DNA of 64,000 nucleotides. Origin: Paragordius varius (taxonomy: Eukaryota > Animalia > Nematomorpha). The stretch lies in contig OZ176059.1 in NCBI GenBank assembly GCA_964247055.1, positions 3,348,001 through 3,412,000 on the forward strand, read 5' to 3'. Below the pieces are notes generated by a model. It had not been told where the DNA came from. It ran no database searches and worked only from the letters and a program-made list of their open reading frames with translations. Positions 12,575 through 25,233 of the stretch are shown here, piece by piece; positions within the stretch are counted from its first letter, which is position 1, and each line of letters begins with the position of its first letter. The position numbers were made by a program, and so were the translations under genes.

Positions 12575-15012
12575 TCAAACGATAAATTTTACCAAATAAA
12601 AATCAAACGATATTGTATTATTTCGGAGAAGAGCAGACGATAATTCACCCTGAGAAAAGGCAGACGATAATTCACATTGAATAAAAGGCAGACGATAATT
12701 CACACTGAGTAAAAGGCAGACGATTAGTAAGTTTGGAATTATATGATAATGTTTAAGAGCAGATGATAACTTATACTAAATTAAAATAATCAGACGATTT
12801 ATATAAAACTATAGCAGACGATCTTTTTATACTAAATATCATAAATCAGACGATTTTAAATAAAACTGAAGTTATCCCATTTTTCGTGTTTAAGACCAAA
12901 CGATAATTTATACTCTAAATCTTAATAAGCAGACGATTTTAAATAGAAATGAAGTTATACTTTTTTTCGTGTTTAGAGCAGAAGATAATTTATACTCTAA
13001 ATCTTAATATTCAGACGATTTTAAATAGATCTGAAGTTATAGCATTTTTTGTGTTTAAGAGCAGAAGATAACTTATACTAAATTAAAATAATCAGACGAT
13101 TTTTAATAGAACTAAAGCAGACGATTATATATAAGCAGACGATCTTTTATTACTAAATAATAATAATCAGACGATGTATAAATAAAATTGAAGTTATCCT
13201 ATTTTTTGTGTTTAAAAGCAGATGATAACTTATACTAAATATTAATAAGCAGACGATTTTAAATAGAACTAAAGCAGACGATCTTTTCATACTAAATATT
13301 AATAATGAGACGATTATATATACATATAATTAAAGCAGACGATTTTATTATTTTTTGTGTTAAAGAGCAGACGATATTTTATACTAAATATTAATAATCA
13401 GACGATGCATAAATAGAACTGAAGTTATACTATTTTCGTGTAAGAGCAGATGATAATTTATATTAAATTAAAATAATCAGACGATTTTGCAGAAGATAAT
13501 TTATACTAAATATTAATAATCAGACGATTATATAGAACTAAAGTAGACGATCTTTTCATACTAAATATTAATAATCAGACGATGCATAAATAGAACTGAA
13601 GTTATACTATTTTTCGTGTTTAAGAGCAGATGATAATTTATATTAAATTAAAATAATCAGACGATTTTGCAGAAGATAATTTATACTAAATATTAATAAT
13701 CAGACGATTATATAGAACTAAAGCAGACTATCTTTTCATACTAAATATTAATAATCAGACGATTTTAAATAGAACTGAAGTTATACTATTTTTCGTGTTT
13801 AAGAGCAGAAGATTATTTATACTCTAAATATAAATAATCAGACGATTAATATAGAACTAAAGCAGACAATCTTTTTATGCTAAATAATAATCAGACCATT
13901 TTTAATAGAACTAAATCAGACGATTTAATTATATTTTTGGATTTTAAGAGCAGAAAATAATTTATACTCTAAATACTGATAATCAGACGATTATATATAT
14001 ACATATAATTTAAGCAGTCGATATTTTTAATTTTTAGGTGTTAAAGAGCAGACGATAAGTTAATATACTATCAAACAATTATAAATATCAAGCAGACGAT
14101 TTATATAGAACTAAAGCAGACGATTTTATTATATTTTTGGATTTTAAGACCAAACGATAATATATACTTTAAATATTGATAATCAGACGATTTTAAATAG
14201 AACTGAACTTATATTTTTCATGTATAAGAAAAGAAGATTATTTATACTAAATTAAAATAATCAGACGATTTTTAATAGAACTAAAGCAGACGATTTAATT
14301 ATATTTTTGGATTTTAAGAGCAGAAAATAATTCATTCTAAATATTAATAATCAGACGATTTTTATACAACTAAATCAGACGATTTTATTTAATTTTGGTG
14401 TTAATGAGCAGACGATAATTTTTATTAAATATTAATAATCAGACGATTTTTAAAAGATCTAAAGCAGACGATTATTTAGACGCTCTCTCTTTCGACGATT
14501 TATACTAAATAATAATAATTAGACGATTTTTTATAGAACTAAAGCAGACGATCTTTTTATATTTTTGGATTTTAAGAGCAGACGACAATTTAATATACAA
14601 TCAAACGGTTATAAAGCTCAAGTAGACGATTTTATTTTATTTGTGGGTTCAAGAGCAGACGATATTTTACTAAATAAAGATCAAACAATTAATATTTGAA
14701 ATTTATGCATACGATATTTTTTAATTTTGTGTTTCTAGAGCAGACCGTATTTAATTTAAAGTAAAAGTCAGACGATTGATTATAAATAAAAGTCAATCAG
14801 ACGATTTTAAATATTAATATTAATGTGAAGCAGACGATAATATAAACTAAATTATAATCAGACGATAATATTTAGAAGCAGACAATAATATAAACTAAAT
14901 TATGATCAGTCGATAATATTTGGAATTAAAGCAGACGATATTATTTAGTTTATATGTTACGATACGTACTATAAATATCAGACGATTATAAATAGGATGA
15001 AGCAGACGATTA
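12575..15012 (-). repeat. Array of GCAGACGAT/TCAGACGAT (reverse complement of ATCGTCTGC) with higher-order repeats
   Basis: Dozens of CAGACGAT cores. It opens with ~28-bp units GGCAGACGATAATTCAC; a ~180-bp higher-order duplication lies at about 13380-13560 vs 13560-13740. Confidence 0.92.
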
Positions 15013-15039
15013 TAATTAATTAAAAAAAAATAATTGTTT

Positions 15040-17045
15040 AAAAGAAACATAAACTAATCTTTTTTTTTGCTTTTTCTTAAGAAAAAAGAAAAGAAACAAA
15101 AAAAAGTGTTTAGAAAACAACATTGTTGCATTGTTTCAATCAAACGAAACATTTTTTCAAAAATAAAAAAAACATTTTTTTTTAATTTTTAAAGCTAAAA
15201 AAAATATAAAAAAACATAAACTAATCTTTTTTTTTGCTTTTTTCTTAAGAAAAAAAAGAAACAAAAAAAAAGTGTTTAGAAACAACATTGTTTCAAACAG
15301 CTGATATTTGAAGAATAAATTAAATTATTTATTTTAAATAATTAATTAATTCTATAATACTTTTGAAGTGAAATATTATTATAAAATATTTTTTATTTTT
15401 GAAAAATAAAAAAAAAGACAAATAATTGTTAAAAAAACATAAACTAATCTTTTTTACTTTTTTAAAACAAAAATAATATAAAGACAAAAATGTATATAAA
15501 ACATTGTTTCAATCAGCTGATATTTGAAGAATAAATTAAATTATTTCAAATCAAATTAATTAATTCTATAATAATAATACAGTATAAATAAAGTAATATT
15601 AATTATTAAAAATAAATATAAATGAATAATAATCAGCTGATATGATATTATTTAAAGAATAAAATAAATAATAATTATTTATTTCAATTAATTAATCAAT
15701 TTTATAATAATAATATATTATAAATAAAATAAATGATTGAAATTTTACTAAAAATATAAAGACAAATATTTTTATAAAACCTCAAAACAGCTGATATAAC
15801 TTCAAAAAATATATAAATAATTAGAAATATTAATTTATATAGATCAGCTGATATAAATTAAATTACTTTTATATATTTTTGGATATTAAATAAATAATAC
15901 AATAAAAAAAATTCGAAAAAAATTTGAAAAAAATATAACTCTCAGCTGTTTTTAAAAAATAATTTTTTTCAACTGAATCAGCTGATTAAATATTTAAAAC
16001 ATATAAAATTTAGTTACAACAATGTAATACAAAGTTATTTGAATATAAACCTCTTTAACCTAAAATTAGCTTATATAACTTCTATATCAAAATATTTTAA
16101 AAATATAAATTAATTTATATAGATCAGCTGATACAAATTATTAAAAAAATTATTTATTTTATATTTTTTAGATTGTAAAAATTTTATAATAATAAAATTC
16201 CAAAAAATATTATTCTCAGATGTTTTTAAAAATTATTTTTAAATTTAAATCAGCTGTTTAAATATTTGAAATAAAAAAACTTAAGACTACAATGTAATAC
16301 AAAATTTAATCTAAAACTCTAAATCAACTGATATAACTTTAAAAAATAAAAAATAAAATTTAGAAACCAAAATAAATTTAATCAGTTGATAAAAATATAA
16401 AATATAAAAAATTTTAAAAAATAAAAAATGATTTAGAAATTATAATTAATTTTTATAAATCAGCTGATAAAAATTGTTTTAAAAAAATATTTATATTATA
16501 TCTTTAAGAAATAAAATATACATTTTATAAAAAAAAAATTCGAAGAAATATCATATAATTTTTATAAAGAAAAATAAATAAAATTTGATAAAAAATTCTT
16601 TTTAGCTGATTAATATATTTTAAAATTAAAATAATTTGATATTAGATAATGGAAAATAAACAAAATTTAAAATTTAAAATTAATAAAAACTGAAGTTCAA
16701 AAATACGATATATTTTTAAAAATACTTTTTAAAAAAATAAAAAATTAAATATATTATTTAAAATTAATTTATATTGATCAGCTGAAAAAAATATTTTTAA
16801 TTATTTTATATAATATCAACACATTATAAATTTATTATTATAAATTGCAACAATGTTATAATACAATGTATGTACAAGGCAGGTAAATATATCCAAATCA
16901 GCTGTTTTTTTCAAAAAATATATATTTTTTTTAATTTTCAATTATAAAAAATTTGAATTTTATATTTTATATTTTTTTTATAAACAGCAAATTTTAAAAT
17001 TTCAAAAATTTATTTTTTTATTATTAATAAACAGCTGATAAAAAT
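15040..17045. repeat. Local duplications (AAACATAAACTAATCTTTT...AACATTGTT x3) followed by CAGCTG-punctuated degenerate repeats
   Basis: Near-identical blocks at about 15043, 15212 and 15433; ATCAGCTGAT roughly every 100-200 bp thereafter. Confidence 0.65.
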
Positions 17046-17479
17046 TTGAATATTTAATAAATGTTTTAATTTGTGAGTTCATTTTAAAATTGTTTTAAAT
17101 TTATTATTAATTTCATTTTTTCCAAAATTTATTTAAGTAATTTAATAAATTTATAAAAAAAAATTATTTTAATATTATTTTTAATTATAAAAATTTATTT
17201 TTTTATGTTAAACTTTACCAATTTTAATTTTAATTTTTTAAACAATTTATTAATTTATCTTTTATTAAATTTTTGAAAATTATTGATTTTAAAAATTTTA
17301 TAATATATTTTAAGAAATTATTGATATAAAAAATTTTATTTTACTTTTTATAAGAATGTTTAAAAATATTTTTTAAATAATTTTTTATTAAAATTATTAA
17401 TATAAAAAATATTCATTTTAATTTTTATCAAAATAATTAAAAAATTTTAATAAAAATATTTTTTTTTAAAAAATTAGTT

Positions 17480-19466
17480 TCAAAACAATGTTGCAACAAT
17501 GAGTAAAAGTAATGCAGAATCCAATAAAATTGTCGTCAGGTGATTGCGTGAATGAATGAATGAACCAGATGATTTCTTGGTTCCACCCCCGTGAACAGCT
17601 GATAAAAAAAATTAAATAAATAAGTAAAAATTATTTATACAAATAATTTTATAATTTAATGATTATATGTATATATTATATATATATATATATAATATAT
17701 AAATATTCAAATTATAAAATTATAATAATTATTTAGAAATTCATTATAAAATAAAATATTTTAATTATAAATAAAATATTTTAACACTTAAAATTAATAA
17801 ATGTAAAAATAGAAATATATTTATAATTTTAAATATAAAGTAAAAAAAAATATATAGAAATATAAATTTTAAATATAAATAAAAAAATATTTAAATACAA
17901 TATAAAAAAATATTTAAAAGAAAAACAAAAATAATTTAATATAAATATAATAAAAATATTCAAATTAAATAAACTAAAAAAATAAATATATTTTTAATTA
18001 AAATAAAAAATTATTTAAAATAAAAAAATTTAGATTAAGATAAAAATCAATTATATAAAATAAAAAAAAATAAAAAAATAAAAATAAATAATAAATTAAA
18101 ATAAAAAATCTTTTAAAATAAAAAATCTTTTAAAATAAAAAATCTTTTAAGATAAGAAATTTAGATTAAAAAATAAAAAAAATTATTTAAAAAAGCTCAA
18201 ATTAAAAAAAAATATTTTACTTATAAAATTTTTCAAATTAAATTAATAAAAAATAATTATTTTAAATAAAAAATTATTTTAAATATATTATAAAAAAAAT
18301 AAAAAAAGAAAAAAAGAAAAAAAACTTGGAGGCACACTGGGTGGACCAGTGGGTGATGGCGGAAGCGGGCTCGCCCCATCAGCTGGTGCAGCGGGGGGCG
18401 CTGCCATTGGGGTTGTGGGAACCGGTTCCTAAAAAATTATTAAATTTTTTAAAAAATTAATTTTTAAAATATTTTTAAATTAATTTAATTTTTCAATTTT
18501 TAATTAATTTAATTGAAAATATATTATTTAAATTAATTTAAAAAAAAATATTAATTTTTCTTATAAAAAAATTTAATTTATAAATATTTTAATTAAATAT
18601 TATTATATTAATTTGGAATTAAAAAAATTAATAAAATATTTTGATTTTATTCTAAATTAATTTAAAATTAATTAGATTTGAAAAATTTGAAAAATTATAT
18701 ACTTTTAATTATTTAGTTAAAATTAAATATAAATAAAATGTTTAAATTTTAATAATTTTTTATTGATAATTTACAATTAGTTGGGTCAAAAAAAAATTAA
18801 TAAAATTAAAAATTTTTAAATTTTTTAAAAAAAAAATAAAAAATAAATTTAAAATTTCAAAATAAAATTAAAAAAAATAAAAATAGTAAAATAAACTTCT
18901 CTTTTCACAATTTTTGCCAAAATCTGTTTTTTGACATTCGAAGCCTAAAAAAATAATTTTTATAAAATATAAATATTTTATATTAATATTTAATTAAATA
19001 AAAAATATAAAAAAAATTAATTTATTAAAATTTTAATTAATTTAATAATAAAAGTGAATAATTATAATATATAAACTTAAATTATTCACAAATTTATAAA
19101 TTCAAATAAATAGTTTTATAGTATCATTTATTTTAATATATTTAAAAAAAATCAAATTAAAATAATAAAATAAATGTTATTGTTTTTTATTAATTTATTA
19201 AATTAAATAAATTCATTAAAATAAACATAAAATCAAAATAAAATATATAAAAAGAAAACATAATTTTAAAATAAAAAAATATTTAAAAGTAATTTTGAAT
19301 AATTTAATAAATTTAAAATAAATAAATATAAAAAATCATTTATTTAATTTAAAAATTATAAATAAAAAATATTAAATTTAAAAAATTAAAAAAAATAATT
19401 TACATCAGCTGATATTTGGAATACAATGGAAAATACCACAAGGAATATCGGAATTAATTTATTCAT
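17480..19466 (-). CDS. Small orphan secreted/GPI-like Pro-rich protein, 110 aa; exons 19466-19404, 18944-18897, 18428-18326, 17598-17480
   Basis: GT-AG introns, phases 0,0,1, give MNKLIPIFLVVFSIVFQISAD-ASNVKKQILAKIVKRE-EPVPTTPMAAPPAAPADGASPLPPSPTGPPSVPP-TVHGGGTKKSSGSFIHSRNHLTTILLDSALLLLIVATLF*. Exon 3 is a strong GC island. Absent from the ORF track. Confidence 0.85.
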
Positions 19467-20770
19467 AAATTAATTTTTTTAAATTAATTTTTAATTTAAA
19501 TTAATTTTTTTATATTTTTAATTTATTTTATTTAATTTTAAAATATTAATTATATGCGTATTTTAAAAATATTAGAATGTTCTAAAATATATTTATTTAT
19601 TTATTTTTGTTTATTTTATTTATAAATATTCTAAAAAATATTTAAGTAATTAAAAAAAATATAATATAAAAAATACTTTAATATAATAATGAATAAAATA
19701 AAAAATATCAATATAAAAATTAAAAATTAAAATAAAATATATTGAATTAAAATTAAAAAATAAAAATATAAAATAAAAAAATAAAATAAAAATGATAAAT
19801 TATAAATTTGAAATATTTTATTATTTTTAAAATTCCCATTTTTCTTTAATTTTTTTTGAAAATATCAGCTGTTTTATTTAAGATTTTTTATTTTTTAATT
19901 TTTTTAATAATTTAAAATTTGATTTTTAATATATTTTTATATTTAATATTAAATTTTAATTTATTTTAAATAAATTAATTTTCAAATATTTTTTTAACTT
20001 TATTTTAAAATATTAAAAATTTAAAATATTTTTTATTATAAAAATTTAAATTGATATCAAATATTTTATTAATTTAATTTAAAATTTTGAAAATTTCAAA
20101 TATTTTAATTTTAAATATTTTTTAAATAAATAATAAAAATTAACTAATAGTTTTATTATTTTTAAATTATATTTTAGTTAGTTTATTAATAAAAATTTTT
20201 ATTAATATTTTTCATATTTAATATTTATATTTAAATTAAGAAAAAAACTTTTTAAAAAAATTAATCATAATATAAAAATAAAAAAATTTTTAATTATTTA
20301 TTATATAAGATTATTTTTAAATTATAAGAAAATAAAAAAATAAATTAAATAATTTATATTTTTAATAAATTTTTAAATAATTTTTTAATTATATTTTTTA
20401 ATAAATATAATATATTTAAAAATCAATATTATATAAATATTATCAATAATTATTTTAATTATTAAAATATTAAAACTTAAAAAAATTATTTAAAAAAACT
20501 ATTTTATAAAATTTATATTATTAATATATTTAATGAATTATTTCAAATAATTTTTAATATTTTCCTTTAATATAAAAAATAAAATAAATTATAATTTTTA
20601 ACCAAAAAAATATTAACTAAAAACAGGATCTAAAAATAAATTATATTTTTATTTTATAAAAAAATAAAAAAATGTAAAAAAATGTAATACATTGTTGCTA
20701 AAACAATGTTTATAATTATATTTTTTTATATTTTTCTTTAGGCGAATTTCTTATTTTTTTATTTTTTAAC

Positions 20771-20807
<37 letters not shown>

Positions 20808-22245
20808 AATATATAAAAATATATAAAAATATTTATTTTTATTATTTTTTTATAAATATCTTGAATAAATTGTTTTTTTTTGAAAAAAAAATTATTTTTA
20901 AAAATTATTTGGGATATTCCGCAAAAAAAGTTAATATTTTTATTTATAAATTAATTTAATTGATTTTACAAATATATATATTTTTTAATTAATAATTTAT
21001 TATTAATTTTAATTTTATATTTAAAGGTTTTTATGTTTTAGTTTTATAATTTTTTTTGTTATATTTTAATATTTATATTTAAATATAGTTTTATTATAAT
21101 TTTATGCTTTTCTTTTAATTTAAAATATTATTGTTTTTATTAAATTTGATAAAATTTTTTTAAGTTGAATTAAATTAATTATTATTTTTTAATTTATTTA
21201 AATATTTATAAATTTTACAAAAGTTTATATTTAATTTTAAAATTTATATTATTTTATTTAAATATATTAAAATATAAATATTAATGAATTGTTTTTATTT
21301 TATTTATGAAAGTATTTATAAAATTTATATTTTTATAATTTATAATAAAAATGGTTTTAAATTTAATTATAATATTCAAAAGATTATTAAAATACATATT
21401 ATTAGTTATTAAAAAAATTTAAATATTAAAATAGAAAATTTTTTTAAAAAATATAAATTTATTTAAATAAAATTATAATTTTAATTTGCAAAAAAATATT
21501 TAATTTTAAATAAAATTATTTTTTTCCATTTATAATTTTTAAATTTAGAAAAAAATATTAAAAATAAAAAATAGGTTACGCATTTTTAATTTTAGAATAA
21601 AAATTAATTATCTTTAAAAAAAAATTTTAAAAAAAATAATATATAATTTTATATAGTTTAATATAAAAATATATATTTAAATATTAATTTTAAATATAAA
21701 TATTAAAATTTATTTTTATATTTTAATTTTAAATAAATTTTTATAAAATTAAATGATTAATTATTTTAATTTTTAAATAAATTTTTATAAAAAAAATAAT
21801 CTTAAATCAAAAATATTATATTAAATTAAAATAAGTTTATAATTTTATTTTATTATAAATTCTAGTATATTTTAATTTTTAATTTATTTTAATTTAAGTT
21901 ATATTCATATTTTTATATATATTTTTTATTTAATACGTATAAAATAAAAAATTATTTTTTTAAATAAAATAATATTCAATAAATTTTTTATAAAATTATT
22001 TTTTAATTTTATAATTTTCATTTATGAAAATATAATTCATTTATTTAATATTTCTATAATTAGTATTTTTTACTATTTAAAAAATTTATTTATAAAAATT
22101 ATTTAAATATTAATAATTTTATTTAAATATATAATTTTAAATTTATTAGTATTATTAAATATTTTTAGACAAAAAATATATTTTTTATGTTTATTATATT
22201 TTTAAAATAATTTTTTATATATTAATAAAATAATAAATTTTATTA

Positions 22246-22280
<35 letters not shown>

Positions 22281-22365
22281 ATATTGATATTTTTTTATTT
22301 TTTAAATTATTTTAATTTTTATAATATATTTATAAATATTATATATTTTTTAGATATAATCCCAT

Positions 22366-25173
22366 ATGATTTTGTGAATATTTGAAAAATTAATTTAATA
22401 TAAAAATAATTAAAATAAAAATAAAAAATGAATAATATAATTTTTAAAAATTTTAATAATTTATTTAATTTATTTAATTTAAATTATTTTAATAATTTAA
22501 TAATTTTTAAATTTAAAATATTTTTTATATTTTCAATATTTTTATTTTTTAATTTTAATAATATAATTTTCATTCATTCACAAAATCATCCCAATGACAA
22601 TCAGCTGTCTCAATCAGGTGATTTGTAAATTTTAATTTTTTAAATTAAATTATTTATTTTTTTATTATTTTTTTTATTTTTCGAAATAGTTATTTTTTTT
22701 GTATTATAATTTTATTTTTTTAATAAAATTCAATATTTTTTTTTAATTTTTATATATAATTTATTTTTTATTAAATGTTTTATATTTTAATATTTTTTTC
22801 GATATTTGTATTTAAAATTAAATTTATTATTATAATTTTTATTTTAGTAAAAAAATTTTATTTATATGTTTTATAAAAATTATTATATCTATATTTTCTG
22901 GTTTTTAATTTTTTAATTAAAATTTTTTTATTTTTAATATAATTTATTTTTATTTATTTTTCCTAATTTTTAATTTTATTCATTATTTATTAAAAAAATT
23001 TATTTTAAATTCAAATATTGTTTTAATATTTTTTATTAAATTTAAATAAATAATTAATTAATTTTAATATTTTTTAGATTTTTCTTATTTAACTGACAAT
23101 TCAAATGATCTTGAAAAAAATCCAAAAAGTATATTTTTTTATTTAAAAAAATAACTTTTTATTAATTAAAAAATAAAATTATTTTTTAAAAATTAATTTT
23201 TTTTAATAAGATTATTATTATTTATTTTTCAAAAAAAAAATTATTTATTTTAAGATAAAAATAAATTAATTAAAATAAATAAATCTAAATATTTTTTTAA
23301 AAGTATTTAAATAAAAGAATTAATATTTTTGTTAATTTTTAAAATATATTTTATATATATTTAATATAAAAATATAATAAAAAATGTTTTAAATATATAT
23401 AATAAAAAAATTAATTTAATTATTTTTATAATTATTAATTTTTCAATGATATTTTTGCTAATTTTATTTTTAAAATTTATTATTTTTTATTCATAATAAA
23501 TAAATACCTTTTTTTATCATTTTTTAATATATTAAATTAATCAAATTTAATATAAATATATATATTTTCATTAAAAATATTTAATTAAAATAAATTTTTT
23601 AATAATAATAAATAAATTAAATTATTTTTTATATTTTATTTACAAACTTATTTTAAAAAAAGTATTATATTTTTATTTAAATATATAATTTTTAAAATCA
23701 TTTCGAAATAATTAATTTAAAAATATTAATTTATATATTTATTTTATTCTTATTTATTAAATTTAGTTAAATTAAAAATATTTTTCTTAAATATATTTAA
23801 ATAAAATTAATATTTTTTTTAAATATATTTATAAATAATATTAAATTATTTTTTTATTTTTATTAAAATATTAAAATAATTAATATTTTTTTTTTAAAAA
23901 AAATAATTTTTTAATATTTTTTAAAAAATATTTTTTTTAATATTTTTTAGTTTTTGCAAGTTCGTATGGTCGAAATGTCATTTCCATTGATCAGTAAATT
24001 ATTTATTTTAAATTTTATTTTTGTTATATTTTTTTATTTTAAAAATAAAAAAATTTAAAATATTAAAAAAAAATTAAAATAAAAAATAAATATTTTATTT
24101 TGTTTTTTTATTAAAAAAATTATATAAAAAATAAATTTATTTTAATTTTAATTTTTCAAATTTTTTTATAATTTTTAGTAGAGCTGACATCTTATTGATT
24201 CAAGAAAGGAGAATTAATTTATAAAAATAAATTATTTGATAAAAAAATTTTAAATTATTAATTTTTTTATTTTATATTAATAAAAATATTGGTTTTATTT
24301 ATTTTATTTTTTAATATATATGTTTTTATATTATTTTGAAAATAAAAAAATTTAAAAATTGTATTTTTTTGTTTTAAAAATAAAAATATTTTAAAATATT
24401 AAAAAAAATTAAAATAAAAAATAAATATTTTATTTCATTTATTTATTTGTTTAAAATATAAAAATCAATTTATTTTCTTTTAAATTTAATTTTTAATAAT
24501 TTTCTATATTTTTCCTTTAATTTTTTTAATAAAATAATTTAAAATATTACAAAATTATTTTTTTTATTTTTAAAAATAATTTTTTTTAGTAAAGCTGACA
24601 TCTTATTGGTTAAAAGGAGAATTATTGATTTAAAAAATAAATAAAATAAATTCAAAAAATTTGAAAAAAATTATTTTATTTAATTTTATATTTTTTTAAT
24701 TAAAAATAAAATTAATTATAAAAATTTTCAATCAAAATATTTATGTTTTATGTATTTATTAAATAATTTTTTATATTTAATTTTTAAAAATATTTTTTTT
24801 TCAATTTTTAAAAAAAAAATAATGAATTAATTAATATCTTTTTTCATAAAAAATAAAACAATTAATCATTATTTTTTTAAATTTTTTTTATCTTTTTATA
24901 TTAAATATAAAATTATAATTTTTAAAATAAAATATAATTTATATTTTTAATTAAAAAATTAAATATTTATTTTAATTATTTAAAAAAATATTTTTTTTAA
25001 AAAATTCAAATATTTATATATATTTTAGTAAAGCTGACATCTTATTGGTTAAAGAAAGGAGAATTAAACTAAAAAAAAATAAATTATTATAAAAAAATTT
25101 AAAATTATTAATTTTTTTATTTTATATAAATAAAAAATTTTTAAATAATTATTTATTGGTTTTATTTTTTTTA

Positions 25174-25233
<60 letters not shown>

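Noticed and set aside
1065-15012. Intact foldback/DNA transposon carrying ERp44
   Set aside because: The arrays share only the core motif; no TSD, terminal identity or transposase is seen, and ERp44 exon 1 lies outside.
20895-20935. Possible exon ...TTTGGGATATTCCGCAAAAAAA|GT
   Set aside because: No upstream AG or in-frame ATG, and a TAA at 20899 closes the phase-compatible frame.
22428-22628. ORF 66 aa as first exon
   Set aside because: The first ~47 codons are N/F/I/L low complexity typical of intron; a cleaner signal peptide comes from 22366-22373 plus 22848-22900.
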